Assembly (NCBI GenBank): GCA_040830765.1
Contig: JBFOMH010000021.1
Span: 1-64,000 of the forward strand
Direction: 5' to 3'
Origin: Puniceicoccaceae bacterium
GTDB taxonomy: Bacteria > Verrucomicrobiota > Verrucomicrobiia > Opitutales > Oceanipulchritudinaceae
Length of the DNA stretch: 64,000 nt
Below, in pieces: positions 9,437 to 19,703 of the stretch. Under the pieces are notes generated by a model. It made no database searches. It was not told the DNA's origin and was given only the letters and a program-made list of their open reading frames with translations. The translations under genes were made by a program, and so were the position numbers. Positions within the stretch are counted from its first letter, which is position 1. Each line of letters opens with the position of its first letter.

Positions 9437-10399
9437 ATGAATAAAATCAAACTCACTACCCTATGTGGACTCGTTTCACTGTTTTCCGTCTCAGCGTTTG
9501 CTGAATGGGTCCTGATTACGGACTTTGAAGGCGCTGTCTATGATGACTTCGACCTGTACAAGCGCTTTGCTCCCCAAGGTGACCTGTACTTGAGTGGCTT
9601 TGACCCGGTCAATGCCGCCAATGGTCACTATTATGCCGACCCCGGACCGCAGGTTGACGGAGCAAACAACCAGATTTGGAATGGCTTCACCCTGCCGACC
9701 CCGGTCGCCGAAGGGGAAACCGCTACCCTCAAGTTTGACGTTTATCTCTACTCGACCGGTCCGTTCAATCTGAATGTCGGTCTCAGTGATATTCCGGTTT
9801 CCATCGACGACACACTCTCCAAGGAAAACGGCCAGCTGCTCGAGCCCAACAATTATGGTTCCTATGAATCGCAGATGGGTATCGGAGAGACCCTGAATGC
9901 CCGTAACGGCAGCGGCTTTACCAACACTGGGGTCTTTTCTCCTGTTGGCGAGTGGTTCACCCTTTACTATGTTGCGGACAATGCCAATGACGTGACCTAC
10001 TTCTACTACAAGACTGCGGCCATGTCGGTTCCGACTGCGATTCCCCTTCCGGATGCACCGTTTGCCCTTTTCCGCAACGGTACCACGGATCCCCTCGTGA
10101 CCTTCACGATTACCAGTGCGGGCAGTAACAGCGGACCGATTGATGTCTTCCTTCTCGACAATGTCTACATCGACACGACGGGTCCGAACCTTGATGGTGG
10201 TACCCATGTCGGTGGTGAATTCTGGGGCGGCTACCCCCTCTTCGATGAGTCGGGTAATGTCGACACCGGTGACTGGTTGAGCTTCATCAATGTGGCTTCC
10301 GACCCATGGATCTATGTCTATAATCTGTCCACCTACGTCTACATGCCTGAAGATTACGTAAGTGGCACCGGTTCCTGGGCTTACGTCCCGAACTTCTAA
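9437..10399 (+). CDS. Secreted beta-sandwich-like protein of unknown function with C-terminal Trp-rich domain
   Basis: ATG 9437 gives a clean signal peptide (MNKIKLTTLCGLVSLFSVSAFA); ends WGGYP...GNVDTGDWL...DPWIY...GSWAYVPNF. Confidence 0.8.
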   Translation: MNKIKLTTLCGLVSLFSVSAFAEWVLITDFEGAVYDDFDLYKRFAPQGDLYLSGFDPVNAANGHYYADPGPQVDGANNQIWNGFTLPTPVAEGETATLKFDVYLYSTGPFNLNVGLSDIPVSIDDTLSKENGQLLEPNNYGSYESQMGIGETLNARNGSGFTNTGVFSPVGEWFTLYYVADNANDVTYFYYKTAAMSVPTAIPLPDAPFALFRNGTTDPLVTFTITSAGSNSGPIDVFLLDNVYIDTTGPNLDGGTHVGGEFWGGYPLFDESGNVDTGDWLSFINVASDPWIYVYNLSTYVYMPEDYVSGTGSWAYVPNF

Positions 10400-10431
10400 T
10401 CCATCGGATTATCTGACAGGTTTGTTTTTTC

Positions 10432-10468
10432 AAGGGCCGGCGATGCAAATCGCCGGTCCTTTTTTCTT
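10432..10468 (+). terminator. Intrinsic terminator
   Basis: GGGCCGGCGAT-GCAA-ATCGCCGGTCC followed by a T-tract. Confidence 0.85.
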
Positions 10469-10477
10469 TCCAAACCC

Positions 10478-10494
10478 GTTCATACAATTATAAA
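10478..10494. promoter_or_regulatory. Shared operator-like motif, copy 2 (GTTCATACAATTATAAA)
   Basis: Exact reverse complement of 36001-36017; upstream of the TBDR. Confidence 0.6.
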
Positions 10495-10607
10495 TGGATA
10501 GCGGTTGAAGGCCGGAGATAATCCCAATGGGATGGCATCGGTGATTTAGCAGACTGAGCCGCCCGACGGCGGTAAATCGACCCCCATAACCCAGAACTAC
10601 AGACCTT

Positions 10608-13600
10608 ATGAAAGACGTACTCCGCAAACGACTTCAGGTTGTCCTGTTGGGCAGCCTGCTTACAAGCACCTGGGCAGCGGCCCAGGAAGGAATCGAACCT
10701 CCCGAGGAGGAGGAAGTATTTGAACTGTCCGCCTTCGAAGTGGTAACAACCAATGACCGTGGCTACCTGTCGACCAATGCGGTCTCCGGAACCAGTTTGA
10801 ACATGGCCATCCGTGACATCCCGATGCCTCTGGAAGTCATCAATCAAGAGTTCATCGAAGATTTGCAGGCGACGGATCTGGAGGAAGCTCTCGATTATTC
10901 CTCTGGTGTCTTCACGCAGACCTTTGCCAATGGGTCCGGCGCGAACGCGCAGGGGAGTGCGGAAACGTCCCCCTCTGCTTCTGTCAGTGTGAACAATCCC
11001 TTCGCCAACTCTATCTCCATTCGCGGGTATTCTGTCCCGAACCAGCAGCGTTTTGGTTTTCGGGTGGGTGGCTTCGCGGTGGGTGAAGGCTTCAGTGTGG
11101 TTCTTGGCGGTGCGACCGACACACTTAATGCCCGCCGGTTGGAAGTGGTGCGGGGACCGGCCTCGCTGCTTTACGGGGTCAACGTCCTCAGTGGTATCGT
11201 CAACATCATGCCGAAGCGTCCCTTGTCAGAGCCGCGGGCGAACATCGGATTGAGCATGGGTAGTCATGGATTCATGCGGGGCACGGTCGATTTCACCGGT
11301 CCGCTGATCAAGAACAAGCTGAATTACCGCATCATGGGCGCCTATGAGGAGCGCGATCATTTTACGGATTTCCGTGGTGATCGCAAGGAGTATCTCGCCG
11401 GCCAAGTGGAGTGGCAAATCAATCGCACCACCCGCCTGTTGACCGAAATCCAGTGGGCCGACCAGTTGCGGAATGGCATTGGGCCGCAGTATTTCCGGGA
11501 TACCGTGGGAGGCAGCGGGACCAACAATATCGATTTCCGCAACAAGTATGGTGAGTTTGTCCAGTGGGGCCGGGAAGACATGAGTGATCTGATGGACCGT
11601 GACGAAAGCGATCCCGATGATGTCTGGTTAATCCGCAAGACCAACCCCATGGTTCCCTATAGTTACGGCAACCTCGGGGACAGCTACCGGATCAGCGGTC
11701 CAGATACCTATTTCCAACGTGAAGAGCTGAACGCCCTTGTTCTGCTTGAGACCCGACCCCTTGAAGGCCTCAGCCTTGAACTCGGTGGATACTACACCAA
11801 GATCGATCAAGAACAATTCACCATCGTGACCAATTCCGTTACGGGCTCAGAGGCCTCCATCCGGCCGAGCGATCTTGTTCCCTTCCCAATCATTTCCCAG
11901 CAGAATTTCTGGATCCGGAATCCGGAAGTACTTGATGTCCTCGGCCTTACTGACGTTCCTGACGGGCCAATCCGTTCCAAATACGGTTTGGACGAAGCGG
12001 TAGGATTCAGCGTCACGACGGACGACATTCCCTATATCTTCAATCCGGGATCACTGCTTACCGTTACCAGTGGTGGTATTGGTGAAGTCTTTGCGGTGCC
12101 GGACCGGTCCTTACGGGCCCAGCTTCCTGACGATCCTCCGTACAACACGACCAACGTCAAATTTGCCCGCTACAACTGGATCAAGACGCCCACGGAAGCG
12201 GAATCCATCCAGCTGCGTCTTCGTGCCGCCTATGAATTTGAAACGGGTATTCCCTTCATCAATGGTGGAACAATCAAGCACACTATCATTGGCGGTTATC
12301 AGTATACCAAGGACGACCTGATGATCGTCTCCGGACGACCAGGTGTTCCCGACATGGTTACCCAGGGGCAGATTACCAAGCGACCCGATTCGGGTGCATT
12401 TACCAACGGACGCCTTGGGGATGATCCCTACCTTCTCCGGAAGAGCGTCTTTGATTATTCGCCGATCTATTATAATGGTGAGCCGATAGCTATCCCCGGT
12501 TCCCTCGGAACGAGTATCCAGGACTTGGGACCTCTTCTCGATGAATATGTCAACGACGGCAAGGTCACCCATCCCGACGAAATCATCGGGCATAACCTGG
12601 CGCGTTCCGGCTGGCGTGACGTGGAAGCGGAGTACGGCGGCATCTACGGTATTTACCAGGCGCAGCTGTTCACCGACAAGCTGACCTTCATTGCTGGTGC
12701 CCGGCAGGATTCCTATCAGGTCGAGGAAACGGAACAGATCCGTCTCCTCGATGGCACGCCCTTCATTGACCCGACCAAGACTGGGACTCAGACCGATATC
12801 TACTACGGCAGTCAATCACTGACGACGCTCCCGTTCCTCATTAGCGGAACAGAGCCCTATTCCCAGGATAAGTGGTTTTCCGTTTTGCCTGACAACCTGA
12901 ATGAAGAAATCGAGCGGGAGATGGACCTTCTGCTGGAAGGACTCGGCGAGCAGGGGACCCGAAGCAAATTGTTTGAGGAAACCCAGAAGTTCGTCACCAA
13001 CACGGCTGGCTTGTCCTATCGGATTACAGAAGACCTGAGCATGTATGTTACCTATTCGGAAGGGGTTTTCCCGAATCAGGGACTCCGTGACGGAAATAAC
13101 AATCCGATTAAGGCGGAGCAGACAACCGGCAAGGAAATTGGCTTCAAGTTTGATTTCTTTGACGGCAAGATTTCCGGCACCGTTTCCTTCTTCCAGATCG
13201 AGCGGGAGAACGCCACCTGGAACTTCCGCTACGCTCCGTCACCGCGCCGATGGATTGGCGGCCGTTTCGGGGATTCCGAGACCGAGGCCTACGAGAAGCA
13301 GAGTTATGGTAACTTTGACGCCAAGTCATGGGTCAGTGGTGACGGTGCCGAGGCCAGGGTTTATGAGGACTTCTTCTTCTCCGGCTATGGCCAGCCCTAC
13401 CAGCAGGCCAGTTACGGCGTCCATGAGGACTTCTTCAAGCAGGCCTGGCGGGACTTCATTGGCGAGGAACCGCCCGAAAACCTGAACATTGCCATAATCG
13501 AAGAATTAACCGGTATCAACTTTTTGGCCGCGAACGACTTTGGTGTCGGTGGTTCCCAGGAGAACCTCGGCGAGGTCGACCCTTACTATTTTGCTGACGT

Positions 13601-14453
13601 CAACCGGGACCTGGTGGCGGGCAAGCATATCAATGAAAACGGGGTTGATGTCGGCCTGATGATGCAAGCTGCCTTCGATGCAGCCCTGGCCGCGAAGGAG
13701 TTCGATGGTTTCAGCATCTACTACATCAACAATGGACGAAACGGCGAATTTGGTGCGGGTAACAATCCCAGCAACCAGACCGGCGCCCTGGTCACTTTCA
13801 AGGAAGAGACCATTGGTGTGGACGGGCAGATTATCTTCAGCCCGACAAACAATTACCAGATCCTCCTGACCTATTCCCACCAGCAACGAGAAGTTGTTGG
13901 GAACGGATTTGACCTGGCACCGCTCATTGATCCGGTGACCGGAATGAAGATTGTCGGGACCAAGTATGATTCCTGGGTACAGGTGCTCGGGGAGGAAAAT
14001 TTCAGCGATCCGGGAGACCCGACGACCTTCAACGGCAATGGGGTCAACGGCCTGGACCTGTCATTTGTTCCCGAATGGAATGTCAGTCTCTGGAACAAGT
14101 ACCGCTTCAATGAAGGTCCTCTTGAAGGGCTGGAGCTGGCCGGTGGTGTGAAGTACTATGGTGAGGCACCAACATCAGTGCCGATTGGTGGAACGCGCTT
14201 GAACGAGAATGAATTCCCGACCCCACCGACACCGGAGCGGTTTGAATTCGATGCCAGTCTTTCCTACCGGTTCACCTTGATGAACCAGGATTGCCGGATC
14301 GCCCTGAAGGTGAACAACCTTCTTGATGACCGGGTTGACGAGGCCGTTGTCCAGTACGAGGATCCGGATGGACCGATTAATCCTGTCTATCGTCGGACCC
14401 GCGTCTACTACGGACCACGGACCTACCGTTTGCAGTTTTCCATGGCCTTTTAA
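10608..14453 (+). CDS. TonB-dependent receptor, large verrucomicrobial type
   Basis: Signal peptide, VFELSAFEV TonB-box-like segment, plug (LEVVRGPASLLYG), C-terminal NNLLD...YYGPRTYRLQFSMAF with terminal Phe. Confidence 0.95.
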   Translation: MKDVLRKRLQVVLLGSLLTSTWAAAQEGIEPPEEEEVFELSAFEVVTTNDRGYLSTNAVSGTSLNMAIRDIPMPLEVINQEFIEDLQATDLEEALDYSSGVFTQTFANGSGANAQGSAETSPSASVSVNNPFANSISIRGYSVPNQQRFGFRVGGFAVGEGFSVVLGGATDTLNARRLEVVRGPASLLYGVNVLSGIVNIMPKRPLSEPRANIGLSMGSHGFMRGTVDFTGPLIKNKLNYRIMGAYEERDHFTDFRGDRKEYLAGQVEWQINRTTRLLTEIQWADQLRNGIGPQYFRDTVGGSGTNNIDFRNKYGEFVQWGREDMSDLMDRDESDPDDVWLIRKTNPMVPYSYGNLGDSYRISGPDTYFQREELNALVLLETRPLEGLSLELGGYYTKIDQEQFTIVTNSVTGSEASIRPSDLVPFPIISQQNFWIRNPEVLDVLGLTDVPDGPIRSKYGLDEAVGFSVTTDDIPYIFNPGSLLTVTSGGIGEVFAVPDRSLRAQLPDDPPYNTTNVKFARYNWIKTPTEAESIQLRLRAAYEFETGIPFINGGTIKHTIIGGYQYTKDDLMIVSGRPGVPDMVTQGQITKRPDSGAFTNGRLGDDPYLLRKSVFDYSPIYYNGEPIAIPGSLGTSIQDLGPLLDEYVNDGKVTHPDEIIGHNLARSGWRDVEAEYGGIYGIYQAQLFTDKLTFIAGARQDSYQVEETEQIRLLDGTPFIDPTKTGTQTDIYYGSQSLTTLPFLISGTEPYSQDKWFSVLPDNLNEEIEREMDLLLEGLGEQGTRSKLFEETQKFVTNTAGLSYRITEDLSMYVTYSEGVFPNQGLRDGNNNPIKAEQTTGKEIGFKFDFFDGKISGTVSFFQIERENATWNFRYAPSPRRWIGGRFGDSETEAYEKQSYGNFDAKSWVSGDGAEARVYEDFFFSGYGQPYQQASYGVHEDFFKQAWRDFIGEEPPENLNIAIIEELTGINFLAANDFGVGGSQENLGEVDPYYFADVNRDLVAGKHINENGVDVGLMMQAAFDAALAAKEFDGFSIYYINNGRNGEFGAGNNPSNQTGALVTFKEETIGVDGQIIFSPTNNYQILLTYSHQQREVVGNGFDLAPLIDPVTGMKIVGTKYDSWVQVLGEENFSDPGDPTTFNGNGVNGLDLSFVPEWNVSLWNKYRFNEGPLEGLELAGGVKYYGEAPTSVPIGGTRLNENEFPTPPTPERFEFDASLSYRFTLMNQDCRIALKVNNLLDDRVDEAVVQYEDPDGPINPVYRRTRVYYGPRTYRLQFSMAF

Positions 14454-14484
14454 GAGGTTGTTATAGGTATCCATTAGGTTTAGG

Positions 14485-14526
14485 AGAAAGAAAGAAAAGG
14501 TCCCATCCCTTTTCTTTCTTTTTTTA
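14485..14526 (+). terminator. Terminator-like hairpin between the TBDR and the enzyme genes
   Basis: AAAGAAAGAAAAGG-N7-CCTTTTCTTTCTTT followed by a T-run. Confidence 0.6.
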
Positions 14527-14538
14527 TGGGAGGATTTC

Positions 14539-17500
14539 ATGAATAAGCGTTCTCTTGCATTCAGCCTTCTCTCCACTTTCCTGGCTGGGATCGTTTCATC
14601 CGGTGATGGAACAGATTGTCTCGTGGAGGGATTCGGAAGTCCCCCGCTGGAGGCCAAGCCAAAGACATGGATGCATGTCATGAGCAGCAATATGTCGCGC
14701 GAGGGACTGAGCAGGGACCTGGAGGCAATCGCCTCCGCCGGAATCGGAGGGATTCAGCTTTTCAACGTGACCCAGCGGATTCCGCGAGGAAACGTGTATT
14801 ACAACACCGATGAGCACCGCGAACTGATTCGCCATGCCATACTGGAAGCCGATCGCCTCGGCCTGACCTTTGATATCCACAACTGCGATGGCTGGTCCTC
14901 CAGCGGTGGGCCATGGGTGACGCCCGAGGACTCCATGAAAATGGTCGTCTGGTCGAGCCAGCAATGGAGTGGCGGCAAAGGTGAACTGGTCTTGAAACAG
15001 CCCACCATCCGTGAGGGATTTTATGAGGACATTACGGTCCTCGCCTATCCGGCCCTGCCAGGTGAGCTGGCGGATGCAGCGGCCCGCATGCAGGTCACGG
15101 CATCGGACCCGGATTTTTTTGATACGACCCTGGTTACCGACGGTCGCTGGGAGGAAACCTCAACCATCGGGGAAAGGGAATCCGGTGGATGGGTGCAGTT
15201 CTCCTTTGAAACCCCATTCAGCGCACGCTCCCTGCTTGTTGTCCATGAACTCCGGGAAGGGGAAGTGGAACTGCAGTACTCGGACAACGGTACTGACTGG
15301 GATTCGGCCGGAATGACCCAGGTAATCCGCACCGGCAAGCGGGAATGGATAAATCACGACACCTTTGCGCCTCTCACGGCGCGGTTTTTCCGCTTTGTTT
15401 TTCCGGCAAAGACCTCCATCAAGGAGATCCGCCTTTCAGCTTTGCCGGCTGTCGAGAACCTCATCGGCCGCAATGCCTTCGGGAATGCCGAGGACATCCA
15501 GATGCAGCCCCTTGGCGAGATTGATGAGGAGGCGATTATCAACCCGCAGGAGATTATCGACCTGACTGGCGCACTCCGCCCGGATGGCCTTCTTGATATT
15601 GAGCTTCCCGCCGGTGACTGGACTATTCTCCGCATCGGCTATACCTCCACCGGGGCCTTCAACAATCCGGCCTCCCCGGAGGGGAGGGGACTGGAGTGTG
15701 ATAAGCTGGATGCGGGCGCCTTCCGCCGGCACTGGGACGCTTTCATCGCCCGGGTCATCGAGGAGAATCCCGACGAGACAGGAAAGGCCTTCCAGTCGGT
15801 CCTCATCGACAGTTACGAGGCGGGAGGACAGAACTGGACGCAGGGATTCGAGCAGCTGTTTCGGGAACGCAAGGGCTACAGCCTGAAGGAGTTCCTCCCG
15901 GTCTTGACCGGTCGTTATGTCGAGAGCACGGCCGTGACCGACGCCGTCCTGTACGACTTTCGACAGGTGGTGGCTGACCTGATGGAGACGGAATATTATG
16001 GGGCTTTCGCGGAGCTGTGTCATTTGTATGGATTAAATAGCTACATCGAGCCCTACGGCTTTGGCCCGCTGAAGGATCTGGACATTGGCAAGTTTGCCGA
16101 CATCCCGATGGGCGAATTCTGGTCCACGCGGGATTCCTTCCGCGGTCTGCAGGCAGCCCGTTCCTCAGCCAGCGTTTACGGCCGCAACATCGTGGCTGCC
16201 GAGGCCTTTACTTCCTTTCCACAAATCAACTGGAAAGGGCATCCCGGGATGATCAAGACCAAGGGCGACATCGCCATGACCTACGGGGTGAACCGCTTTG
16301 TCTTCCACCGGTATGCCCACCAGGCCAATACGCATGTCGAGCCCGGGATGACGATGAATACCTGGGGATTTCACTTTGACCGCACCCAGACCTGGTGGGA
16401 CAATGCCGGGGCGGCTTTCTTTGAATACCTTGCCCGCTGCTCCCATGTCCTGCAGTCGGGCATACCGATTGCTGATGTTGCCCTTTACGAGGGGGACGGG
16501 GCGCCCGCTTCCCCAATGTACGGTGGGGATTTACAGGAATTGATTCCGCAGGGGTATCTTTTCGATAACCTCAACCGGGACGGTTTCTTCAACCGCACCC
16601 GCATCCGCGCGGACCGACTGCTGCTGGCGGGCGGCAATGAATACCGTGTACTGGCCTTGCGGCCGGGAGTGCGGATCGAACTGGAGACCATGCTGCGCCT
16701 GCGTTCCGTGGTCGAGGCCGGCATTCCCCTGATCGGGGACCGTCCCTCGGGTATTCCCGGGCACGGATACGATGCATCGGACCATGCCCTTTATAAGGCT
16801 TTGGTTGAGGCCATCTGGTGCCGGGATAACGTATTTCCCTGGGGCGCTTTTAAGGAGGCAATCGCCTCGATCAAGCTCGCCCCGGACCTGGAGATCCTCG
16901 CACGGCCGGACATCCGCTTCGTCCACCGTCATGTTAATGGTGTGGATGCCTGGTTTTTCTATAACCCTGATGCGGCGGAAACGACATTCACCTGTCGCTT
17001 CCGCACGCCCGGTGCTCATCCGCAATTCTGGGACCCGGTGACCGGGGAGCGGAGCCGGTTGAGGGATTTCTCTTTAATAAATGGAGTCACCGAGACATCG
17101 ATCCGCCTCGAGGCAAACGGTTCCGCTTTCGTGGTCTTCGGACTGCCGGAAGATGCCTCCCTGCCGGTGGTCGCCTTTCACCAGGCGGAACCGGTCATTT
17201 TTCAGGAGCAAAACCTGACTGATGGATGGGTCGTTCAATTTGGACCTGATGGTGCGGGCGTCCCGTTCCCGGAGCTTGTCGACTGGAAGGAGCATCCTGA
17301 TGAGGCCATCCGTTATTTCTCCGGAACGGCCCGTTACATGAACCGATTTTCTGTTGAAGCGGGAGAGCTGGATGACGGTCGTCAGGTCCTGCTCGACCTC
17401 GGCACGGTTGAGATTTGCGCCCGGATCCTTGTCAATGGAACGGATCTCGGGGTCCTGTGGAAAAAGCCCTTCCTGAAGGAGATAACATCCGCCCTCAAAC

Positions 17501-17769
17501 CCGGGGAAAACGAACTGGTCATCGAGGTGACCAACCTCTGGACCAACCGCCTGATCGGGGAAGAGCGCCTTCCCGACACCTCCGGCTACAGCTACCCCGG
17601 TAATGACAGTCATGACATGCCGGAATGGTATGTCCGCAACGAACCGCAGCCGGAAGGTCCGCGGACAACGTTCACCACGGCCCGCTTTTATGAAGCGGAC
17701 GATCCCCTGATACCGTCCGGCCTGATCGGACCGGTCCGACTACTAATTTTGGACAACCCGTCACAATGA
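14539..17769 (+). CDS. Alpha-L-rhamnosidase, GH106, with C-terminal GH2-type sugar-binding domain
   Basis: PKTWMH, GWSSSGGPWVTPE, GLECDKL, IDSYEAG, PMGEFW, AAEAFTS, LDLGTV...VTNLWTNRLIG, SGLIGPV. Confidence 0.9.
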   Translation: MNKRSLAFSLLSTFLAGIVSSGDGTDCLVEGFGSPPLEAKPKTWMHVMSSNMSREGLSRDLEAIASAGIGGIQLFNVTQRIPRGNVYYNTDEHRELIRHAILEADRLGLTFDIHNCDGWSSSGGPWVTPEDSMKMVVWSSQQWSGGKGELVLKQPTIREGFYEDITVLAYPALPGELADAAARMQVTASDPDFFDTTLVTDGRWEETSTIGERESGGWVQFSFETPFSARSLLVVHELREGEVELQYSDNGTDWDSAGMTQVIRTGKREWINHDTFAPLTARFFRFVFPAKTSIKEIRLSALPAVENLIGRNAFGNAEDIQMQPLGEIDEEAIINPQEIIDLTGALRPDGLLDIELPAGDWTILRIGYTSTGAFNNPASPEGRGLECDKLDAGAFRRHWDAFIARVIEENPDETGKAFQSVLIDSYEAGGQNWTQGFEQLFRERKGYSLKEFLPVLTGRYVESTAVTDAVLYDFRQVVADLMETEYYGAFAELCHLYGLNSYIEPYGFGPLKDLDIGKFADIPMGEFWSTRDSFRGLQAARSSASVYGRNIVAAEAFTSFPQINWKGHPGMIKTKGDIAMTYGVNRFVFHRYAHQANTHVEPGMTMNTWGFHFDRTQTWWDNAGAAFFEYLARCSHVLQSGIPIADVALYEGDGAPASPMYGGDLQELIPQGYLFDNLNRDGFFNRTRIRADRLLLAGGNEYRVLALRPGVRIELETMLRLRSVVEAGIPLIGDRPSGIPGHGYDASDHALYKALVEAIWCRDNVFPWGAFKEAIASIKLAPDLEILARPDIRFVHRHVNGVDAWFFYNPDAAETTFTCRFRTPGAHPQFWDPVTGERSRLRDFSLINGVTETSIRLEANGSAFVVFGLPEDASLPVVAFHQAEPVIFQEQNLTDGWVVQFGPDGAGVPFPELVDWKEHPDEAIRYFSGTARYMNRFSVEAGELDDGRQVLLDLGTVEICARILVNGTDLGVLWKKPFLKEITSALKPGENELVIEVTNLWTNRLIGEERLPDTSGYSYPGNDSHDMPEWYVRNEPQPEGPRTTFTTARFYEADDPLIPSGLIGPVRLLILDNPSQ

Positions 17770-19703
17770 GCAGCAATCACCGACAACTATTTGGCATCCA
17801 GTATTACCCGGAACACTGGCCGGAGGACCGATGGGTGCAGGATGCCCAGTTGATGCGGGATGCGGGTGTCAACACGGTGCGCATGGGCGAGTTTGCCTGG
17901 AGTGCCTATGAGCCGGAACGGGGCCAATTGGACTTCTCCTGGATGGATCGGGCGATCGACCTCTTCGGTTCGGAGGGGATCAAGACCCTTCTCTGTACTT
18001 GTTCGCGCACACCTCCCCTGTGGCTATACCGGGAACACCCGGATATCAAGGCCGTTGATATCGACGGAAGGCCGAAGGCCACGGACCACCGCTACCACGT
18101 CGGCCTGGCCCATGCCAGTTTCATCAAAGCTTCACGTCTCATCGACGAGACGGTTATCCGCCACTTCTCCGGTAATCCCCACATTCTCGGCTGGCAGGTG
18201 GACAATGAGGTGGGCTACAATGATTGCTATTGTGACCAGTGCCTGGAAGCTTTCCGTTTGTATCTGTACAATAAGTACAACACAGTCGAGCAGCTACGGG
18301 AAGCCTGGGGTGCCCACTTCTGGTCATATGCGCCGCAAAGCTTCGACGACATCCCCCTGCCGCGAAGCAACCCCCAGGCGAGATTGGAATACCGCCGTTT
18401 CCTCTCCTCCCTTAATGTTTCCTTCTGTCGCGAGCGGGCGGAACTGATGCGTAAACTGGATCCGGAGAAGCCGGTTACGACCAATTTCCAGAATCTCTTC
18501 CTCTCCCATACGGATTATCATGAGATGGGCGGGGCGCTGGATTTCAACGGGATGAACAATTATCCCAAGCGGACCCCGCACCTTGCCCTTGACTACTATC
18601 GGGGCCAGCGGGGGTCCGTCTGGATCCTCGAGCAGCAGACCCACCTTGCCAACGCCGACTCCCCGGCGGGCCTGATGCGACTCAACGCCTGGCGGGCCAT
18701 CGCCAAGGGGGCCGGGGCACTGCTCTTTTTCCGCTGGCGCCAATGCCGCTGGGGGCAGGAGCAATTCGGTGACGGCGTCCTGCCTCATTCCGGTGAGCCG
18801 GGACGGCTCTACGAGGAATTTTCGCAAACCGGAAGGGAAATCCGGTCATTGGCTTCCCTGCTTGAGGAAACCAAACCGGTATCCGATGCCGCTGTCATCT
18901 ACAGTTATCCGTCGCGATGGGCCGTTGAAGCGTCGGGATTCGGAGAGCGGCTCGATCCGGTACTGGAGGCCATCCGGATTCATGACCTGCTGGAGAAGCG
19001 GATTCCGGCTGTCGACGCGATGGATCCCGGCGGCAGCCTGGAGGGGTACAAGCTGGTTCTTGCTCCCCGTTTCTGGATGACCGACGAGGCGATTGGCCCG
19101 CGGCTGAAGGAATACGTTGATAAGGGCGGTTGGCTGCTGCTGACGGCTTGCAGCGGAGTCGTTGATCCCTTTGGGAAAAGTCATCCAGTCCCGCGTCCCG
19201 GACCACTCAGCGAACTGGCCGGGATAACGGTGGAGAACTTCTATTTCGAGGAAGGAGCGTCCGCTTCCCTGAAAGGGAACCTTCTTGATGGTCGACCGGG
19301 CCGGGCTACTGACGTCTTTGATGAGATAATCCCGCAACAGGCCGCGGTCATCGCCAGCTATGCTGACGGCTTCCGGAAAGGACAACCGGCAATTACCCTG
19401 AACCGCTTTGGCCAGGGTCGAGTCTGTTATGTGGGTACGCTCCTCGATACGGGTGCCATGCAGATCCTGATCGAGTTTCTTTGCCAGGGAGCGGGTATTC
19501 CCCCGGGATACGACCTGCCCTCCGGGATTTCCGCCCACGAACGGAGAGGGCCATGCGGGCGCCTTCTGGTCCTTTTGAATGAAGCTAACGGCCAGCAGGC
19601 GGTCAGTCTGCCGGGGAATTGGAAAGATGCCTTTTCGGGGGACCGGATTAAGTCCCCGGTGCTGGATCCCCTTGATGTGGCCGTTCTTTTTTCCGAGACT
19701 TGA
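17766..19703 (+). CDS. Beta-galactosidase, GH42 (no signal peptide)
   Basis: YYPEHWP, VRMGEFAWS, WQVDNE (acid/base), Cys cluster CYCDQC, WILEQQ (nucleophile), FFRWR, trimerisation domain. Confidence 0.92.
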   Translation: MSSNHRQLFGIQYYPEHWPEDRWVQDAQLMRDAGVNTVRMGEFAWSAYEPERGQLDFSWMDRAIDLFGSEGIKTLLCTCSRTPPLWLYREHPDIKAVDIDGRPKATDHRYHVGLAHASFIKASRLIDETVIRHFSGNPHILGWQVDNEVGYNDCYCDQCLEAFRLYLYNKYNTVEQLREAWGAHFWSYAPQSFDDIPLPRSNPQARLEYRRFLSSLNVSFCRERAELMRKLDPEKPVTTNFQNLFLSHTDYHEMGGALDFNGMNNYPKRTPHLALDYYRGQRGSVWILEQQTHLANADSPAGLMRLNAWRAIAKGAGALLFFRWRQCRWGQEQFGDGVLPHSGEPGRLYEEFSQTGREIRSLASLLEETKPVSDAAVIYSYPSRWAVEASGFGERLDPVLEAIRIHDLLEKRIPAVDAMDPGGSLEGYKLVLAPRFWMTDEAIGPRLKEYVDKGGWLLLTACSGVVDPFGKSHPVPRPGPLSELAGITVENFYFEEGASASLKGNLLDGRPGRATDVFDEIIPQQAAVIASYADGFRKGQPAITLNRFGQGRVCYVGTLLDTGAMQILIEFLCQGAGIPPGYDLPSGISAHERRGPCGRLLVLLNEANGQQAVSLPGNWKDAFSGDRIKSPVLDPLDVAVLFSET

